A stretch of DNA of 64,000 nucleotides from Bilabrum cf. latius (taxonomy: Eukaryota): assembly GCA_965178125.1 (NCBI GenBank), contig OZ237752.1, positions 1 through 64,000 of the forward strand, written 5' to 3'. A program made the translations under genes and the position numbers. Shown in pieces: positions 25,070-37,087 of the stretch. Positions within the stretch are counted from its first letter, which is position 1. The number at the start of each line of letters is the position of its first letter. The notes below the pieces were generated by a model. The model saw nothing but the letters and a program-made list of their open reading frames with translations. It searched no databases and was not told where the DNA came from.

Positions 25070-25214
25070 GTAAGGCTAGGTGGCAAAACATGTCAATGAT
25101 CGGATCAATGCGGTGGTGATCCGGATCCGGATTTGTCAGGGAAAAGAGCCACATTCGAAATTCGAATAGACTGCGAATCGGTGATCACGCAGTCTGGAAT
25201 AGCAGGTCGCGGGG

Positions 25215-27720
25215 TCACAGGCTGGACTGCAGCTTGGCTTGTATCCCGCCTCTCACAGCGATGCCCCCTGCGAATGCCAGCAGCACCAGAAGCACCCACT
25301 GCCACACCATGAGCCCAGACCCATCCGCCCGCTCTGCAGGATCCTCTTCATCGCCCCCCCCCGAGTTTCCGCCCGCACCAGCTCCCTTGCTGCTGCTCGC
25401 CTCCCGCGCCCTCGACAGCTCGGCCTCCAGCTCGCGCCGCCGGTCCTGCGCCTCCTGCAGCTCCCGAGACACGCCGTCCAGCTGCTGCTCCAGCTCGCGT
25501 CTGCCCTGCGCCAGCACCCTTGCCTCCTCCTGCAGCCGCTTCTTGTCATCCACCGCGCCATCCACCCTCTCACGCGCCTCCCGCAGCTCAGCTTCGCGCG
25601 CGTCCCGCTGCCGCAACAGTCTGCTCACATACCGCACCAGCTTGGTCTCACGGGCTGAAAGCCCGCTCCAGTCGCTGTCTGCGCTTCCAGCCATGGCCCC
25701 CGACGCAGCACCAGCCTGCAATCCCCCCTCTGCCCCTGCTCTCAGATCTGCCTGCCAGTCAGGCAGCCACGGGCCTACCGGTGATGGCGTGCTGCCTGGC
25801 CTGTCCCTGGGTCCCGAGGGCACCTCTCCACCGGCACCCTCCTGTTCCCCCCCCTCCTCCTCCCAAGGCATGCGACCTCCCTCTCCAACCCCCCCACCAT
25901 CGCGCCCATCTGGTCCCTCGCCTATCCCCAGCAACGCCTCCCTATCCGGCGAGTCAGGCGTCAGCACCTCCCGGGCTGCCTGCATGAGCTGGGCCCGGCT
26001 GTCGCGCTGCGAGCCAGCAGCGGGCCCCTCGGTTCCCGCCCCTCTCCCGTTCCCGTGCAAGCCGACAGCAGCCTCTGCCTCTGCCACGTCGATAGCAGCG
26101 CCCTGTTCGCCCCTCTGCTGCTGGAGGGCCTCCTCCTCTAGGTCACCGGGCCCGTCCTCCTTGCCCGCACCAAGTTCACCCCCTTCTTCCTCCTCCTCCT
26201 CCTCCTCTTTGTCCTCCAGGACAGGCGCCTCATCCCACTCGCAGCCCGCCTGCCGCCGCGCCTCTGTCTCCCACGGGGCCTCCACGCGCGCCTCAAGCTG
26301 CTCCACGCTCATGCCCTCCAGCGCGCCCCTGCCCTCCGTCCCGCCCTCGCCCAGCAGCGCCTCCTGCAGCAGGACCTCTTTCACGTCAAAGGTTAGCTCC
26401 CACACCACGTGCAGCCTCTGCACGTTGATGCCGCCCACGGCCCACGCGCCCAGCTTGTGGGGCATGCGGCCAGTCAACAGCTGCTTGATGGTCCGCCTCG
26501 GGGCAGTCAGCGGGTCACTGTTACTACCTCCCATCAGGTCGTCGGTACCCTCGCGACTGAGACCCACCAGCTGCAGCTGCACAGCGTCCAGCGTCTCCAC
26601 GCGCATGGCCACTGGTCTCACCTCATGGGCCGCCAGTCGAGCCGCCTCCGCTGCAGCTGACTTGGACAGACCCGCCTCCAGCGCCTCCTCCGCCGCCAGC
26701 TTGCCCTGCTGCCGCCGCTGCCACCTCACGTTGGCGCCGCATCTCCTCCAAAACTGCCCCGGCGGCGGCCATGCCCTGTACTCACCCATTTGCTCCGCGC
26801 ACCTCTGCAACTCCTCCTCCAAGCCGCCCCCCTCACCCTCACCCTCGCCCTCCTCGCCCGCCTCGTCCGCCCCCGGCGGCTTCTCGCCTCCTGCTGCGGC
26901 CCTGGTCTTCGCTGCCCTCGAGCTCACCGCGTGTGTGGCGGCATGCATGGCTCGCCACGCATCCGAAAAGCCCTCCTCCCACAGGCCCCCCTCCCTCTCC
27001 CAGGCCCGAGACACGTCGTTGGGCGCGTCGGACGGGCACTGCATCCGCATCGCGTCTCGGGCCACCACACCCGCCACCCCCCGAGCCCAGTGCTCCAGCG
27101 TACTCTGCACTGCCGGCTGCTTGCAGAAGAACCGCGGGGCCCCCGTGGACCCGATGGGAACCAGGCCGGCGTACCGCTTCACGCCGTACCGCTGAGGGGG
27201 CCGGCGGGCCGACGGTGGGGGCTTGGGGTGCTAGGCGATGCGCAAGTTGTATGCCAGGCATGCTATTGCATGATCGCCTGACCGCATGCGTGCGGTGAGC
27301 ACCAGTGTGCCAGCAGCAGCGGCGCCATTCGCCTGGTCCTCGCTCGCAGACGCGACTAGCGCCTCGTCGGCGCCCTCGCCTAGTCTTGGAGGCGTACATT
27401 CTCCCCTTGCGACTCCGTCCACGGTAAACCCTTCTGTGCTTTCAACACATGAGGCGGTAATCGTAGAAATTGATGCAGAAAATCAGCAGCAACGCGAAAC
27501 CATTGGCATTGTAGTGGCACTCACCCAATTCCACGAGCAATTGCTCATGCTCTTTTACCGTTGGTGGGCGTCTGGCAGCTGACGAGTCTACTGAGTATGA
27601 TACAGACATATTTGTGACACCAGTAGCCCTGCTCCCGACAGACATGGCGTCGTGGCTGCCGTAGTGGTGTGGCTCGGCGGAGTCTTCCACAGATGAGACG
27701 CGAGGATCTACACCAGCCAT
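25215..27720 (-). CDS. Tail-anchored coiled-coil protein, possibly a divergent VAP/MSP-domain protein
   Basis: LAYNLRI...PQRYGVKRYAGLV loosely resembles the MSP motif AFKVKTT.PKRYCVRP.SG. Coiled coil, then C-terminal TM GLMVWQWVLLVLLAFAGGIAV. Probable intron 27434-27524. In-frame TAG at 27231. Ends TGA. Confidence 0.55.
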
Positions 27721-28201
27721 ACTGCGACTGCGCATCACAAGAAAACAATACATCAACTGCTACTGCTAGCGATATGGCCACGTTTCATGGTGACTGGAAG
27801 CAAGGACGTATGCTTTGGTACTTTCAACCAAGAGGCCAGCTTGCGATGGGATCACTGGCGACTAGCAACCTTCTCACCCTGCAGAATTGTATGCTCGTAC
27901 TTATCAAATGTATCAGGTAGATGTATTGTGGGCCAGGTTAGTATAGATCGCAATGGGGAGGCACCGAGCGTTGCCGCCGCCAGTAGCGATGATGAGTGCC
28001 AGTTGTGGTGCCCGCCGTTCATCATAAATCAGTGGGTGAAATGAATCGTTGCTCTTGTTGCTAGTCTGACTGGGTCGTGCGTCCATGCGAGGCTAGCCAT
28101 AGGCCAACGGCGACAAGGAGGCGGCACAGGAAAGCGGGAATGCCGGTACGAAGCCATTCAAGTAAACACGTGTGTGCGACCCCTCAAGCAGCACTCTCAC
28201 A

Positions 28202-29218
28202 TCAGCGCGCCCCAATCACCAGCCCACGCCCAGCCGCCCCCTCCTGCGCCCCCAGCGCCGCCTCCACCCTCGCCAGCCTCGCCGCCAGACTGCCCCGCGC
28301 CCTCTCCACGGCATGCAGCCGCTGCAGGTGGGACTGCAGCGCGCGGCGGACGCTCTGCAGGCCCCCGCCCCCTCCAGACGCCCTTTCTGCCGCCGCCCTC
28401 TCCGCCCTTGCTCGCCTCGTCAACGCGCGGACGGCAGCCGCAAGCTCACCCGCCCGCCGATCCGCCGCCCGCAGCCGCTGCACGTACCGCCGCCGGCTGC
28501 CGGCCCCGTCCCCTGCCGGCGCCCCTGCCTCCTGCCCGCTCTCTATCCCCAACTCGGCCCCCCTCTGCCTGAGCTTGTGCTCCACGTCGTCCAGGGCCTT
28601 GCTCACCTCGGACTGCGCCGCTCGCACTCGCTCCAGCTGGCCCGACAGGCCGCGCGCCTCGCGACGGAGGGCCGCATGGCGGCGGGTGGCTTCCACGAGC
28701 TGGGCGGAAGCGCGCCTTCTAGCTTCTTCCCAGCGTCCAAGCGCCTCTGCCTACTTTCGGAAAGCTTCTCGGTGCACTCGCAGTCGCCTGGACCACGTCG
28801 ACAAGACATCGCGCACCGCTGTTGCCGAGAGTGCTCCAAGCTTCTAGTCAGCTTCTTTCGCGGCTTCCACGCGTTCAGCATAATCACCTATGTCAGCCGA
28901 AACAACAGGGGCGGCTGGTGCAGGCGCAGGGGTGCCAGAGCCAGATTCTTTGCTTTCGCTAGTGCCACCGTCTGCCGGTGCCGGCGCCGGAGCTGATGTA
29001 TCCCAATCTGAGGCAGCCGCTCCCGCGGAATCGCCTGCTTTACTAGAATCATCAGTTTTGCTCTGGTCAGCTGGAGCTGGTGTTGGCGAAGGTGAAGGCG
29101 CTGCTGCTGAGCCTCCAGGCGTGTCCCATTCTCCAGCCCCCCAATCATCTGTGGAGGGAGCTGGTGCCGGTGTACCTGAGGTACCAGTATCACCCCAATC
29201 TGCGCCCCAATCTGTCAT
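28202..29218 (-). CDS. NUP62: Nup62/Nsp1-like coiled-coil nucleoporin lacking FG repeats
   Basis: VRDVLSTWSRRL...FRK[TAG]AEALGRWE...LSGQLERVRAAQSEVSKALDDVE matches the Nsp1_C pattern (I..W...L...F..QA..I..WD). In-frame TAG at 28844 and 28751. Ends TGA. Confidence 0.7.
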
Positions 29219-29489
29219 TTAGAATCTGGAATTGACTGTAATCGCAAATTTTGCCCAGAGCTCAAACACTTTCCCGCTTTCTTCTTCATATTTGTAAGCA
29301 GCAGGAGGTATTAAAAAACAGAAAGATTTTTTGGATCACAGAACGCCACGGTTGCCTGGCAGACCTATCAAATGCACAGAATGGCGAGTAATTGTGCTGA
29401 ATTATGGTTTACCAAGTGGTTATTGAGCATTGGTACCGCAATATCATTTCCAAGTCGCAGCGCAGATCGCCAACCGGGACGGGCGCACA

Positions 29490-30287
29490 TCAGCAAGCAC
29501 AGCCGCCCCCGCTGCCGCCAGAACCCGCGCCATCCCCGCCCTTCGACAGATCAACACGATCACGCGCCGCGTCCTGCCTAGAAGCCCCGTCCCTGCCTCC
29601 GTACCCGTCGTCGCCACCCGGCCCTGCCGTTGGCCCCGGCCCCGCCCCGCTCCCCCCGGGCCCTCCCCCCGCCTGCCCCTCCATGGCCGCCTGCTCCCGC
29701 TCCAGCTCTAGGTCCTCCTCCATTACGGCGCGGGCCAGCGCCGCGAACACTTCCTCCACGTTCTTGCCCGTGGCAGCCGATGTCTCGTAGTAGACTGCCC
29801 CGATCTCCTCCGCCGTGGCCTCCGCCGTGTGCTGCTCGACCGCTCGTCGGTCCTGCAAATCGCACTTGTTCCCCACCAACGCAACCAGGATGTCCTCGGG
29901 TCCATTTCGTCTCAGCTCGTCCACCCAGGACTGCAGGCAGTCGAAGGATACCGCCTTGGTGATGTCGTATGCCACGATCGCGCACCGGGCGCCGCGGTAG
30001 TACATGGGAGCCAGCGATCGGTATTTTTCCTGACCCGCAGTATCCCAAATCAAGAATTTTACTGCCTATCCGTCCACGAGAACTGTCCGATTCAAGAACG
30101 CAGCCCCGATGGTAGACTGCGAGTACGGGTCGAAGTGACCACTCACAAACTTCTACGCAAGACTAGATTTACCAACTGCGGCGTCACCAAGTAACACGAC
30201 TTTAACTTCTTTCGGAGCTGAAGCTCCACCGCCCTGTCCAGGTCCACCCATCCCGCCACCCCCGTAGGGATCTCCTGCTCCAGCCAT
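29490..30287 (-). CDS. Rab5/Rab22-group small GTPase
   Basis: KVVLLGDAAVGKSS, STIGAAF, WDTAGQEKYRSLAPMYYRGA, VGNKCDL, ETSA, C-terminal CAC. In-frame TAG at 30153 and 30066, inside the G domain. Ends TGA. Confidence 0.95.
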
Positions 30288-30682
30288 TAAACTGGTAAGT
30301 TACCCGCTAACGAACCTGCGCAGTCATGCCAGCGGTGATATATGAGACATGTTGGCTAACATTCAAGTGACGATCGTTTTATTCGTAAAATTGGCTCAAA
30401 GACAAGCCTATGGGCAGCATACGTGAGCACCAACCAGTTAAGTTCGCAATTTGGCACCTACGCATGAGACTTAAACAAGCATTCACATAAGCAGACGCTA
30501 ACTCACGCTGATAAATAACCGAAGAAGCTATTTACTAGCCCAAGTATACTGCACGTGACGTTGTGGGCGCTCTCTTATCCAGCAACAGTCCGGGATTCAA
30601 AACGACACCTCACATTGAAGGATAAACCAGAGAGGTCCAATCGTGCCGCTGAGTGCAACCACGACGAAATTTTCTTAAAAGA

Positions 30683-31589
30683 ATGGCCGCTGCCGTAGAG
30701 ACCAAGAAGGAGGAGGTTGGTGAGTACTGCGCCTTTGGATTCAGTTGCTATTGATGCTGATGTACCTTGCATTGTGTGCAGGCAGTCCGTGGTTCCGTGC
30801 GGCAGCCAACACAGCTCCCGGAGGCTTCTACTGCTTGTTCGAGTGCTCTTGGAGTAACTTGACCTCGCCAAGGTTGATGATGATTTATGTTCACATAGTA
30901 AATCGGCAAGACTTTCTTGTTTAGCAAATACTTTGCCGAACAAGGCGCAATATCGCGATTTACCTTTCCGATCTCAAATCGTCGCAGCCGCCGAGGAGCC
31001 CGTGGAGGAGAGTGAGGCCGCCGCCCCCCAGTCTCGTGCCGAGAAGAAGGCGCGCAAGGCGCTGTCGAAGCTTTCTCTGACCCCTGTGGCTGGCGTGAAC
31101 CGGGTGACGATCAAGAAGAGCAAGACCATCCTCTTCATCGTGGACAAGGCCGATGTGCTGAAGAGCCCCATCGCTGATACCTACGTTGTGTTTGGAGCCG
31201 TCAGGATCGAGGATCTCTCTCAGTCTGGCCCCCGCGCCGGCGGCTTCGGCGGTGCCGGCGGCCCGGGCGCCCTCAACATCGAGGCACTGCGCGCTCTGGC
31301 CGAGCAGAACCCCCAGATTGCCGCTGCTCTGCAGCAGGAGGGCGCCGGCGGCCTGCAGGCCATGCTGGCACAGGCCGCAGGCGCCGCTGGCGCTGCCGGC
31401 GATGCCGCGGAGGGCGACGACGAGGAGGACGGCGTGGAGGCGGGCGCGGGGGGTGAGGGCGCGGAGATCGCTGAGGAGGACGTGCAGCTGCTGATGAGGG
31501 ACCGGAACGTGTCTAGGGAGCGTGCCATGGAGGCGCTCAAGGATGCGGATGGGGACCTGGTCAACGCCATCATGGCGCTGGAGGAGTGA
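30683..31589 (+). CDS. NACA: Nascent polypeptide-associated complex alpha
   Basis: QSRAEKKARKALSKL...VNRVTIKKSKTILF...DTYVVFG..IEDLS plus the C-terminal UBA (GDLVNAIMAL). Intron 30720-30987. Ends TGA. Confidence 0.95.
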
Positions 31590-31868
31590 ATCTCTCCGAC
31601 GACTGGTCTCGACTTGGCCGAATTGAAATAACCAGACAGCATAGTATTGAATCCGCACCAGGCCAGCCGTGCATCTCGGGGCTTCAAATAGACTTTCCGT
31701 AGCGCAAACATGTGTCCAAACGTTTGTCTCGTGGAGCAGGACAAACTCCCTCTCATCAGCAGAGCGGCGCTTCGCCGCACTCCGAATCTGTGAAAATGGC
31801 GAGCGCAAGATGGCATAGCCCTAAGCAACCTACATCGGCTTCGGACTGAAGACTAAGGGAATAACAAT

Positions 31869-33860
31869 ATGATTGGCACGTTGGTGTTGATTGCGGCATG
31901 TTTAGCCGCGGGGGCCGCTGTCGGGGCGGCATTCCTGCGAGAGAGCGTCGGTGCTGACATTGCCAACTACTACAAGGATCTGGAAGCGGTACTCCTAAAC
32001 CTTGACAGTACACAGGCAATCATTGCATGCTCTATTGCGTTGGGAGCCGTAATTATCCTCTTCGCTGGGGTGTGGGGCGAAACGGGGCTCTTCTCTCAGT
32101 CTGTACCTCGCGTGCTAGTCAACATGCACGCAGACTCTCTCTGCGACGAAACCGGGAGAGAGAAGCCTTCTGACAAGAAGTATAGCAAGTCTTCAGGCAA
32201 CGATACGCAGGCCCCTGCTGATCCTGCCGCTACCGAGCAGTGGATGCGAGCTGACAGCTCCAAGATCCGCGCGCTGAACCCCTCCACCGGTCGTGCTCTG
32301 CCCCCCATCCAGGTGACTTCGCCGGAGGAGGTGCGCGAGACCATCGCAGACGCTAGAGAGGCGCAAAAGAAGTGGGCAAAGACGTCGTTTGCGGAGCGGC
32401 GCCGCGTGCTGCGCTGCATGGCACAGGCGGTGCGCGACCACGAGGACTCGATCTGCCGCCTGTCCGCGCTGGACACGGGCAAGACGCACGTGGAGGCGTA
32501 CATGGGCGAAGTGATGGTCACGCTGGGCAAGATCCAGTGGGTGCTGGACAACGGGGAGGAGACCCTTCGCCCCGAGGCCCGTGAGACTGGCATCCTGACG
32601 GTGCACAAGACGGCCCGCGTGGAGTACCAGCCGCTGGGCGTGCTGGGGATCATCGCGCCCTGGAACTACCCCTTCCACAACCTGTGGAACCACGTGGTCT
32701 CGGGTCTGTTCGCCGGCAACGCAGTCGTGCTCAAGGTCAGCGAGTACTCGGCCGTCTCTGGGCACCAGTTCACCGAGCTGGCCCGGGCCTGTCTGCGCGC
32801 GTGCGGGCACAGCGCCGACCTTGTGACGCTCGTGCAGGGGTTCGCGCCTACAGGGGCAGCGCTGGTGAGCGGCGGCGTGGACAAGGTGATCTTCACGGGG
32901 TCTCCTCAGGTGGGCAAGCACGTGGCGCGTGGAGCCAGCGAGAGCCTGACTCCGTGCGTGCTTGAGCTCGGTGGCAAGGACCCGCTGGTGGTCACCGAGG
33001 ACGCGGACCTGGACCAGGTGCAGCACATTGCGGCGCGGGGAGCCCTGCAGAACTGCGGCCAGAACTGCATCGGGGTGGAGCGCTTCGTTGTGTACGAGAG
33101 CGTGCACGACGATTTCGTGGACAGGCTGGAGAAGATCGTGAGGGGCATCCGGCAGGGGGCCCCCCTGCGGCCCGACGGTCGGTGGGCCGAGGGCGTGGAT
33201 CTCGGGGCCACCACGACGGGGGCGCAGCTGTCGCACATTCAGGCGCTGGTGGATGACGCGGTGGCCAAGGGGGCCACCGTGGTGTGCGGGGGCAGGGAGA
33301 ACACGGAGGCCAGGGAGGCGGCGGGCGGGGGCTTCTACTTCGAGCCGACCATCCTGACGGGGGTGCGGCCCGGCATGCGCATCCACGAGGAGGAGGTGTT
33401 CGGGCCCGTGTTCTCCGTGATAAAGGTGCCGAGGGACAGCGACAAAGAGGCCGTACGGATGATCAACGCGAGTCCGTACGGGCTCGGCGGCTCGGTCTTT
33501 TGCAGGGACGTAGCCCGAGGCGAGAGGATCGCAGGCGCGCTGCGGGCGGGGATGATGAACGTGAACGACTTCGGGCTCAACTACTTGGCGCAGTCGCTTC
33601 CCTTCGGAGGTGTGGGTGTGTCGGGGTACGGCCGGTTCGCGGGCAAGGAGGGCTTGCGCGAGTGCTGCCTCATGAAGAGCGTGACCAGCGACAAGTTCTC
33701 CCTCCTGGGGGTGAGGACCGCGCTGCCGCCCCCGCTGCAGTTCCCCATCGGGTCCGGCGCCGTTGGATTCGCCCGCGGGCTGGCGGATCTGGCCTACGGG
33801 CGCTCTCTGGCGGAGCAGGCCGGGGGAATCTGGAGCCTGGCCACGGCGCGGGCGGATTGA
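31869..33860 (+). CDS. Aldehyde dehydrogenase with N-terminal hydrophobic anchor (ALDH22/Msc7-like)
   Basis: IAPWNYPFHN, FTGS, LELGGKD, catalytic GQNC, EEVFGP, LPFGG. Intronless, no TAG. Ends TGA. Confidence 0.93.
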   Translation: MIGTLVLIAACLAAGAAVGAAFLRESVGADIANYYKDLEAVLLNLDSTQAIIACSIALGAVIILFAGVWGETGLFSQSVPRVLVNMHADSLCDETGREKPSDKKYSKSSGNDTQAPADPAATEQWMRADSSKIRALNPSTGRALPPIQVTSPEEVRETIADAREAQKKWAKTSFAERRRVLRCMAQAVRDHEDSICRLSALDTGKTHVEAYMGEVMVTLGKIQWVLDNGEETLRPEARETGILTVHKTARVEYQPLGVLGIIAPWNYPFHNLWNHVVSGLFAGNAVVLKVSEYSAVSGHQFTELARACLRACGHSADLVTLVQGFAPTGAALVSGGVDKVIFTGSPQVGKHVARGASESLTPCVLELGGKDPLVVTEDADLDQVQHIAARGALQNCGQNCIGVERFVVYESVHDDFVDRLEKIVRGIRQGAPLRPDGRWAEGVDLGATTTGAQLSHIQALVDDAVAKGATVVCGGRENTEAREAAGGGFYFEPTILTGVRPGMRIHEEEVFGPVFSVIKVPRDSDKEAVRMINASPYGLGGSVFCRDVARGERIAGALRAGMMNVNDFGLNYLAQSLPFGGVGVSGYGRFAGKEGLRECCLMKSVTSDKFSLLGVRTALPPPLQFPIGSGAVGFARGLADLAYGRSLAEQAGGIWSLATARAD

Positions 33861-34319
33861 GCTGGCGGGCCTGATTTGGATCGAGTTGGCTGGCTCGGCG
33901 GGCCTTCCTCTCGTCTGGGGGCGATAGTCTCTGCCCTGCGGGATCGGCTCGGCTTTGAAAGGGGATCGTGGTGGAAAGGACTCTGGATGGGACCGCCTGG
34001 TACCGTGCTAGAGATTGGGTAGAACGAGCGGGTCGACGAGCTCATACGGAGCTAGCTGCCCTGGGTGTCCCCCCGCAGCATCTTGCCGCCAGTGGCCACT
34101 CTTTGCCGAGCTCGGAGGGCTTGTCCTCTCTCGCTCCGCGGAGACCACGGCAGTTGCTGCGTCTGTATTTTCAGCTATAATTTCTGTGTATTTTACGCTG
34201 CGTTGAGCCACACCGCATTTCCGTGGCTGCCCCGGCGCCGCGCGGACCGGTGGCGGGGTTTGCGGATCTCGCGACCCGAACGGGTCAACAAGTGAAGTCG
34301 GAACGGAAATTGTCGGACT

Positions 34320-36116
34320 ATGGCGATCAAGAAGCAGAAATACGACGATTTCCCGCCATGGTTCCCACATGCTGCCGTTCCGCCATACCTGCACGTTGCA
34401 TGGTGGTTCTTTTTCTACCACCTCTTCATATTGCCCGTTTGGGCTCCACTGCAGTTCGCCTTGTTCGGTAGGCCCCCGCTCCTTCACAAGGCTGAGAAAG
34501 ACGGGCGGCATTCTGTCTACGGCTACACATGTAGATCACTTTTCTATACCTTGGTGAAGGAGCTGCACGATGGTGAAGGCAGCAAATCGGGCCGTGCACC
34601 GCCAGGCGTCGGCCTAGCCGCAACAGGTGCCGACGAAGGTGCCACCAGTGGAGCTGAGCTGCACCAGCTTTCTTCAAATAGTGGTGGTATGGCACGGAGT
34701 TACGGGCGCAAAACGGCCTCGGTGACTACATCCCCGGGAACGGAGGCGTCAGCGGGCAAGTGGGCGTCCGAGGGGGCTGAAGCCTCAGCCCCGCACGCGT
34801 GGTCGTGCCGGGGCAAGAAAATCCTAGTGTCCCCACTCATGCATAGGAACGGCTTCCTGGCTGTCATGCAGAATGCCTGCAAGGACGACCCCAGTCGCCT
34901 GATTAGCGTGGATTTGGACGTCAACCCCGACTGCACTGGGTCCTGGCGGCTGGTGGTGCCCGATGGCAGCGGTGGCAGCTCTGCGCTCCCCGAGCCCAGC
35001 GAGGTGGGCATGATTGTCATCACGCACATGTTTGGCGTCAGGTATGGAGTCGATTGGTGCGAGCCGTACCGCAGGGCAGGTGCCCTCATCGTGGAGGACA
35101 CGGTGCAGGGCGGGCCGTACACGCGGTGGAAGGCGCAGCCGGGCATCGACGTGAGCCTCTTCTCGGCAGGGTAGGACAAGCTGCCCACTGCCATGGGAGG
35201 GGGCATCATGGCGACACACTCGCAGGCCCTGGCCAAGGCCGTGGCCGATCGCGTGGAGGCCTATCCGCAGGAGACGGTGCTGCAGCGGCTGTGGTTCATG
35301 CTTCTCAAGGTCCCCACTTTCCTGCTGTATAACCAGCCCTGGTTTCTGGTGGGGTTCTCCATGCTGCTGCGGGTGCTGGGCAAGACCCTATTTGACACAG
35401 CGCACGCGTACCGGAAGGCCAACAGCGGCTTCGACCACGACAACTTCGAGCGGGCCCCGTCCGCCGGTCTCCTCCTTGGCCTGCAGCAGCGGTTCACCAA
35501 CCCGCTGCAGGACTTCGAGAACACCGCCATGGCCCACCGCAAGAGGCTCAGGCAGGGGCTATCACCCGAGGCCAGGGCGTTCTTCTTCCCCTGGTACCAG
35601 GCCACCGGGCTGGGGCAGGACGGGACGGACCCGTCCCCCCCCACTGCGGAGCGCAGCCCGGCAGAGGGGGGCATGCAGGAGCTGAGCGCGCCCAATGACG
35701 CGGGGGCGGGCGAGGACAGGTGGTGCAACCCCAGCGAGGACCTGTGCATCTACCAGCACGTGCACGTGGGCGAGGACAGGCTGGGCTTCCTGCGGCAGCT
35801 CCAGGCCGCAGGGTTCATCGTGACGCACCAGCAGACGTGGGCGGCCCAGGACGCGGATCGGTGGTGCAAGGTGCTGGGCCGCATGTGCCTCATGCCTGCG
35901 CCCGTGGCTTTGAGCGGGAGCAGCATCGATGCAATGGCGGGTGCGATGGAGCAGTGGTTCAGTGATGAGTGCCAGCGGCTCGAGAGGGAGGGTAGGGTGC
36001 AGTGGGGGGCCACTGGGGCTGGCGGGGGCAAGGGCAAGGGCAAGGGCAAGGGCAAGGGCAAGGGCAAGGGCAAGGGCAGGAAGCGGCGAGGATCTAGGGG
36101 CGGCTCGCAGGGGTGA
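34320..36116 (+). CDS. DegT/DnrJ/EryC1/StrS-like PLP-dependent enzyme
   Basis: IVITHMFG, IVEDTVQG, SLFSAG[TAG]DKLPTAMGGG (PLP-Lys motif). N-terminal hydrophobic segment and C-terminal (GK)n tract. TAG at 35172. Ends TGA. Confidence 0.7.
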
Positions 36117-36301
36117 TGCTTGGCACTGGCTGTGCCTCATAATCGCTGCTCATAATGCACCGTGCGTTTATCCAGGCGCATGTCTTGGCGCATGCATGCT
36201 GCTTGCTGCTGCCACGTCGCAAGTGGCAGACTCGGAATCTCACGGCCCAACATTCGCCCGGCTGGTCTGAGCCTACACTTGAACCAAAAAGGCCGCAAAG
36301 A

Positions 36302-36884
36302 ATGGAAGCCCTTAAGCCTATTCTAATTGACCCTCTTTTCTGCCTAGCTGCATTCTCTGGGTGAGTTTCCCTTTCGTGCGAAAAGTTTGTAGCTAGGTGA
36401 CGGCAGCAGACCAAATCCAAATGCGCGTTCAAAAGAGTTGGTTCGCAGGATGGTCTTGGTGCCCCACTTCATCAAAGGCTTTACGATTTTCTTTTCGGAT
36501 AAAGGGTACAACAATATTGACCCGCGGAAAGGAGCCGAGGCTGCCATCAAGAGACTCAACGATGCGGACGACGCAAGCAAGAAAGCGACGGCTCGGTTCA
36601 TATCTCGCTGCATTGGCTGCCACCAGAATTCTTGGGAGGCTCTTGCATTTTTTGCAGCGGGTGTGCTCGCAGTGAAGGCGGTGGGCCTTGATGGGGATCT
36701 GGTCAAGCAGCTAAGCCTCGCGTTCCTTGCGGTTCGAGCCGTTTATATTGCGCTCTATCTCGGGGGCACGTCAAGGCCGGTCGCAGGAGCGAGGTCTATT
36801 GTATGGGCTGCAGGCACCGTGATTTCGTTCACTCTGATGATTCTTGCGGCTCGCAAGGCAACCGCTGACGAGGCGTCATCGTGA
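36302..36884 (+). CDS. MAPEG-family membrane protein
   Basis: YNNIDPR...RCIGCHQNSWEAL..F...RAVYIALY...ARSIVW. Intron 36361-36448. Ends TGA. Confidence 0.85.
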
Positions 36885-37087
36885 CTAGCTCCCCGCCGAA
36901 GATTCGCAGTGTGTGAACCTGGGGGAAGCCCTACCTCCAACTTGGATAGTTGATTGAACTACCGAGACTCATACTGCGATGTACGCATGCGCGCAGCTCA
37001 CGCGCAACCACCTCGCGATGAATTGCAACGGCCACGCTGTGCTCGCTCGCTCCGACAGATCCTCCCAGACGCTCTGTGCTAATAAAC

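Noticed and set aside
25234-27195. Long antisense or overlapping ORFs (also 37076-38377, 38924-40990, 43908-45449 and others)
   Set aside because: Shadow ORFs caused by high GC3 opposite, or out of frame with, real genes.
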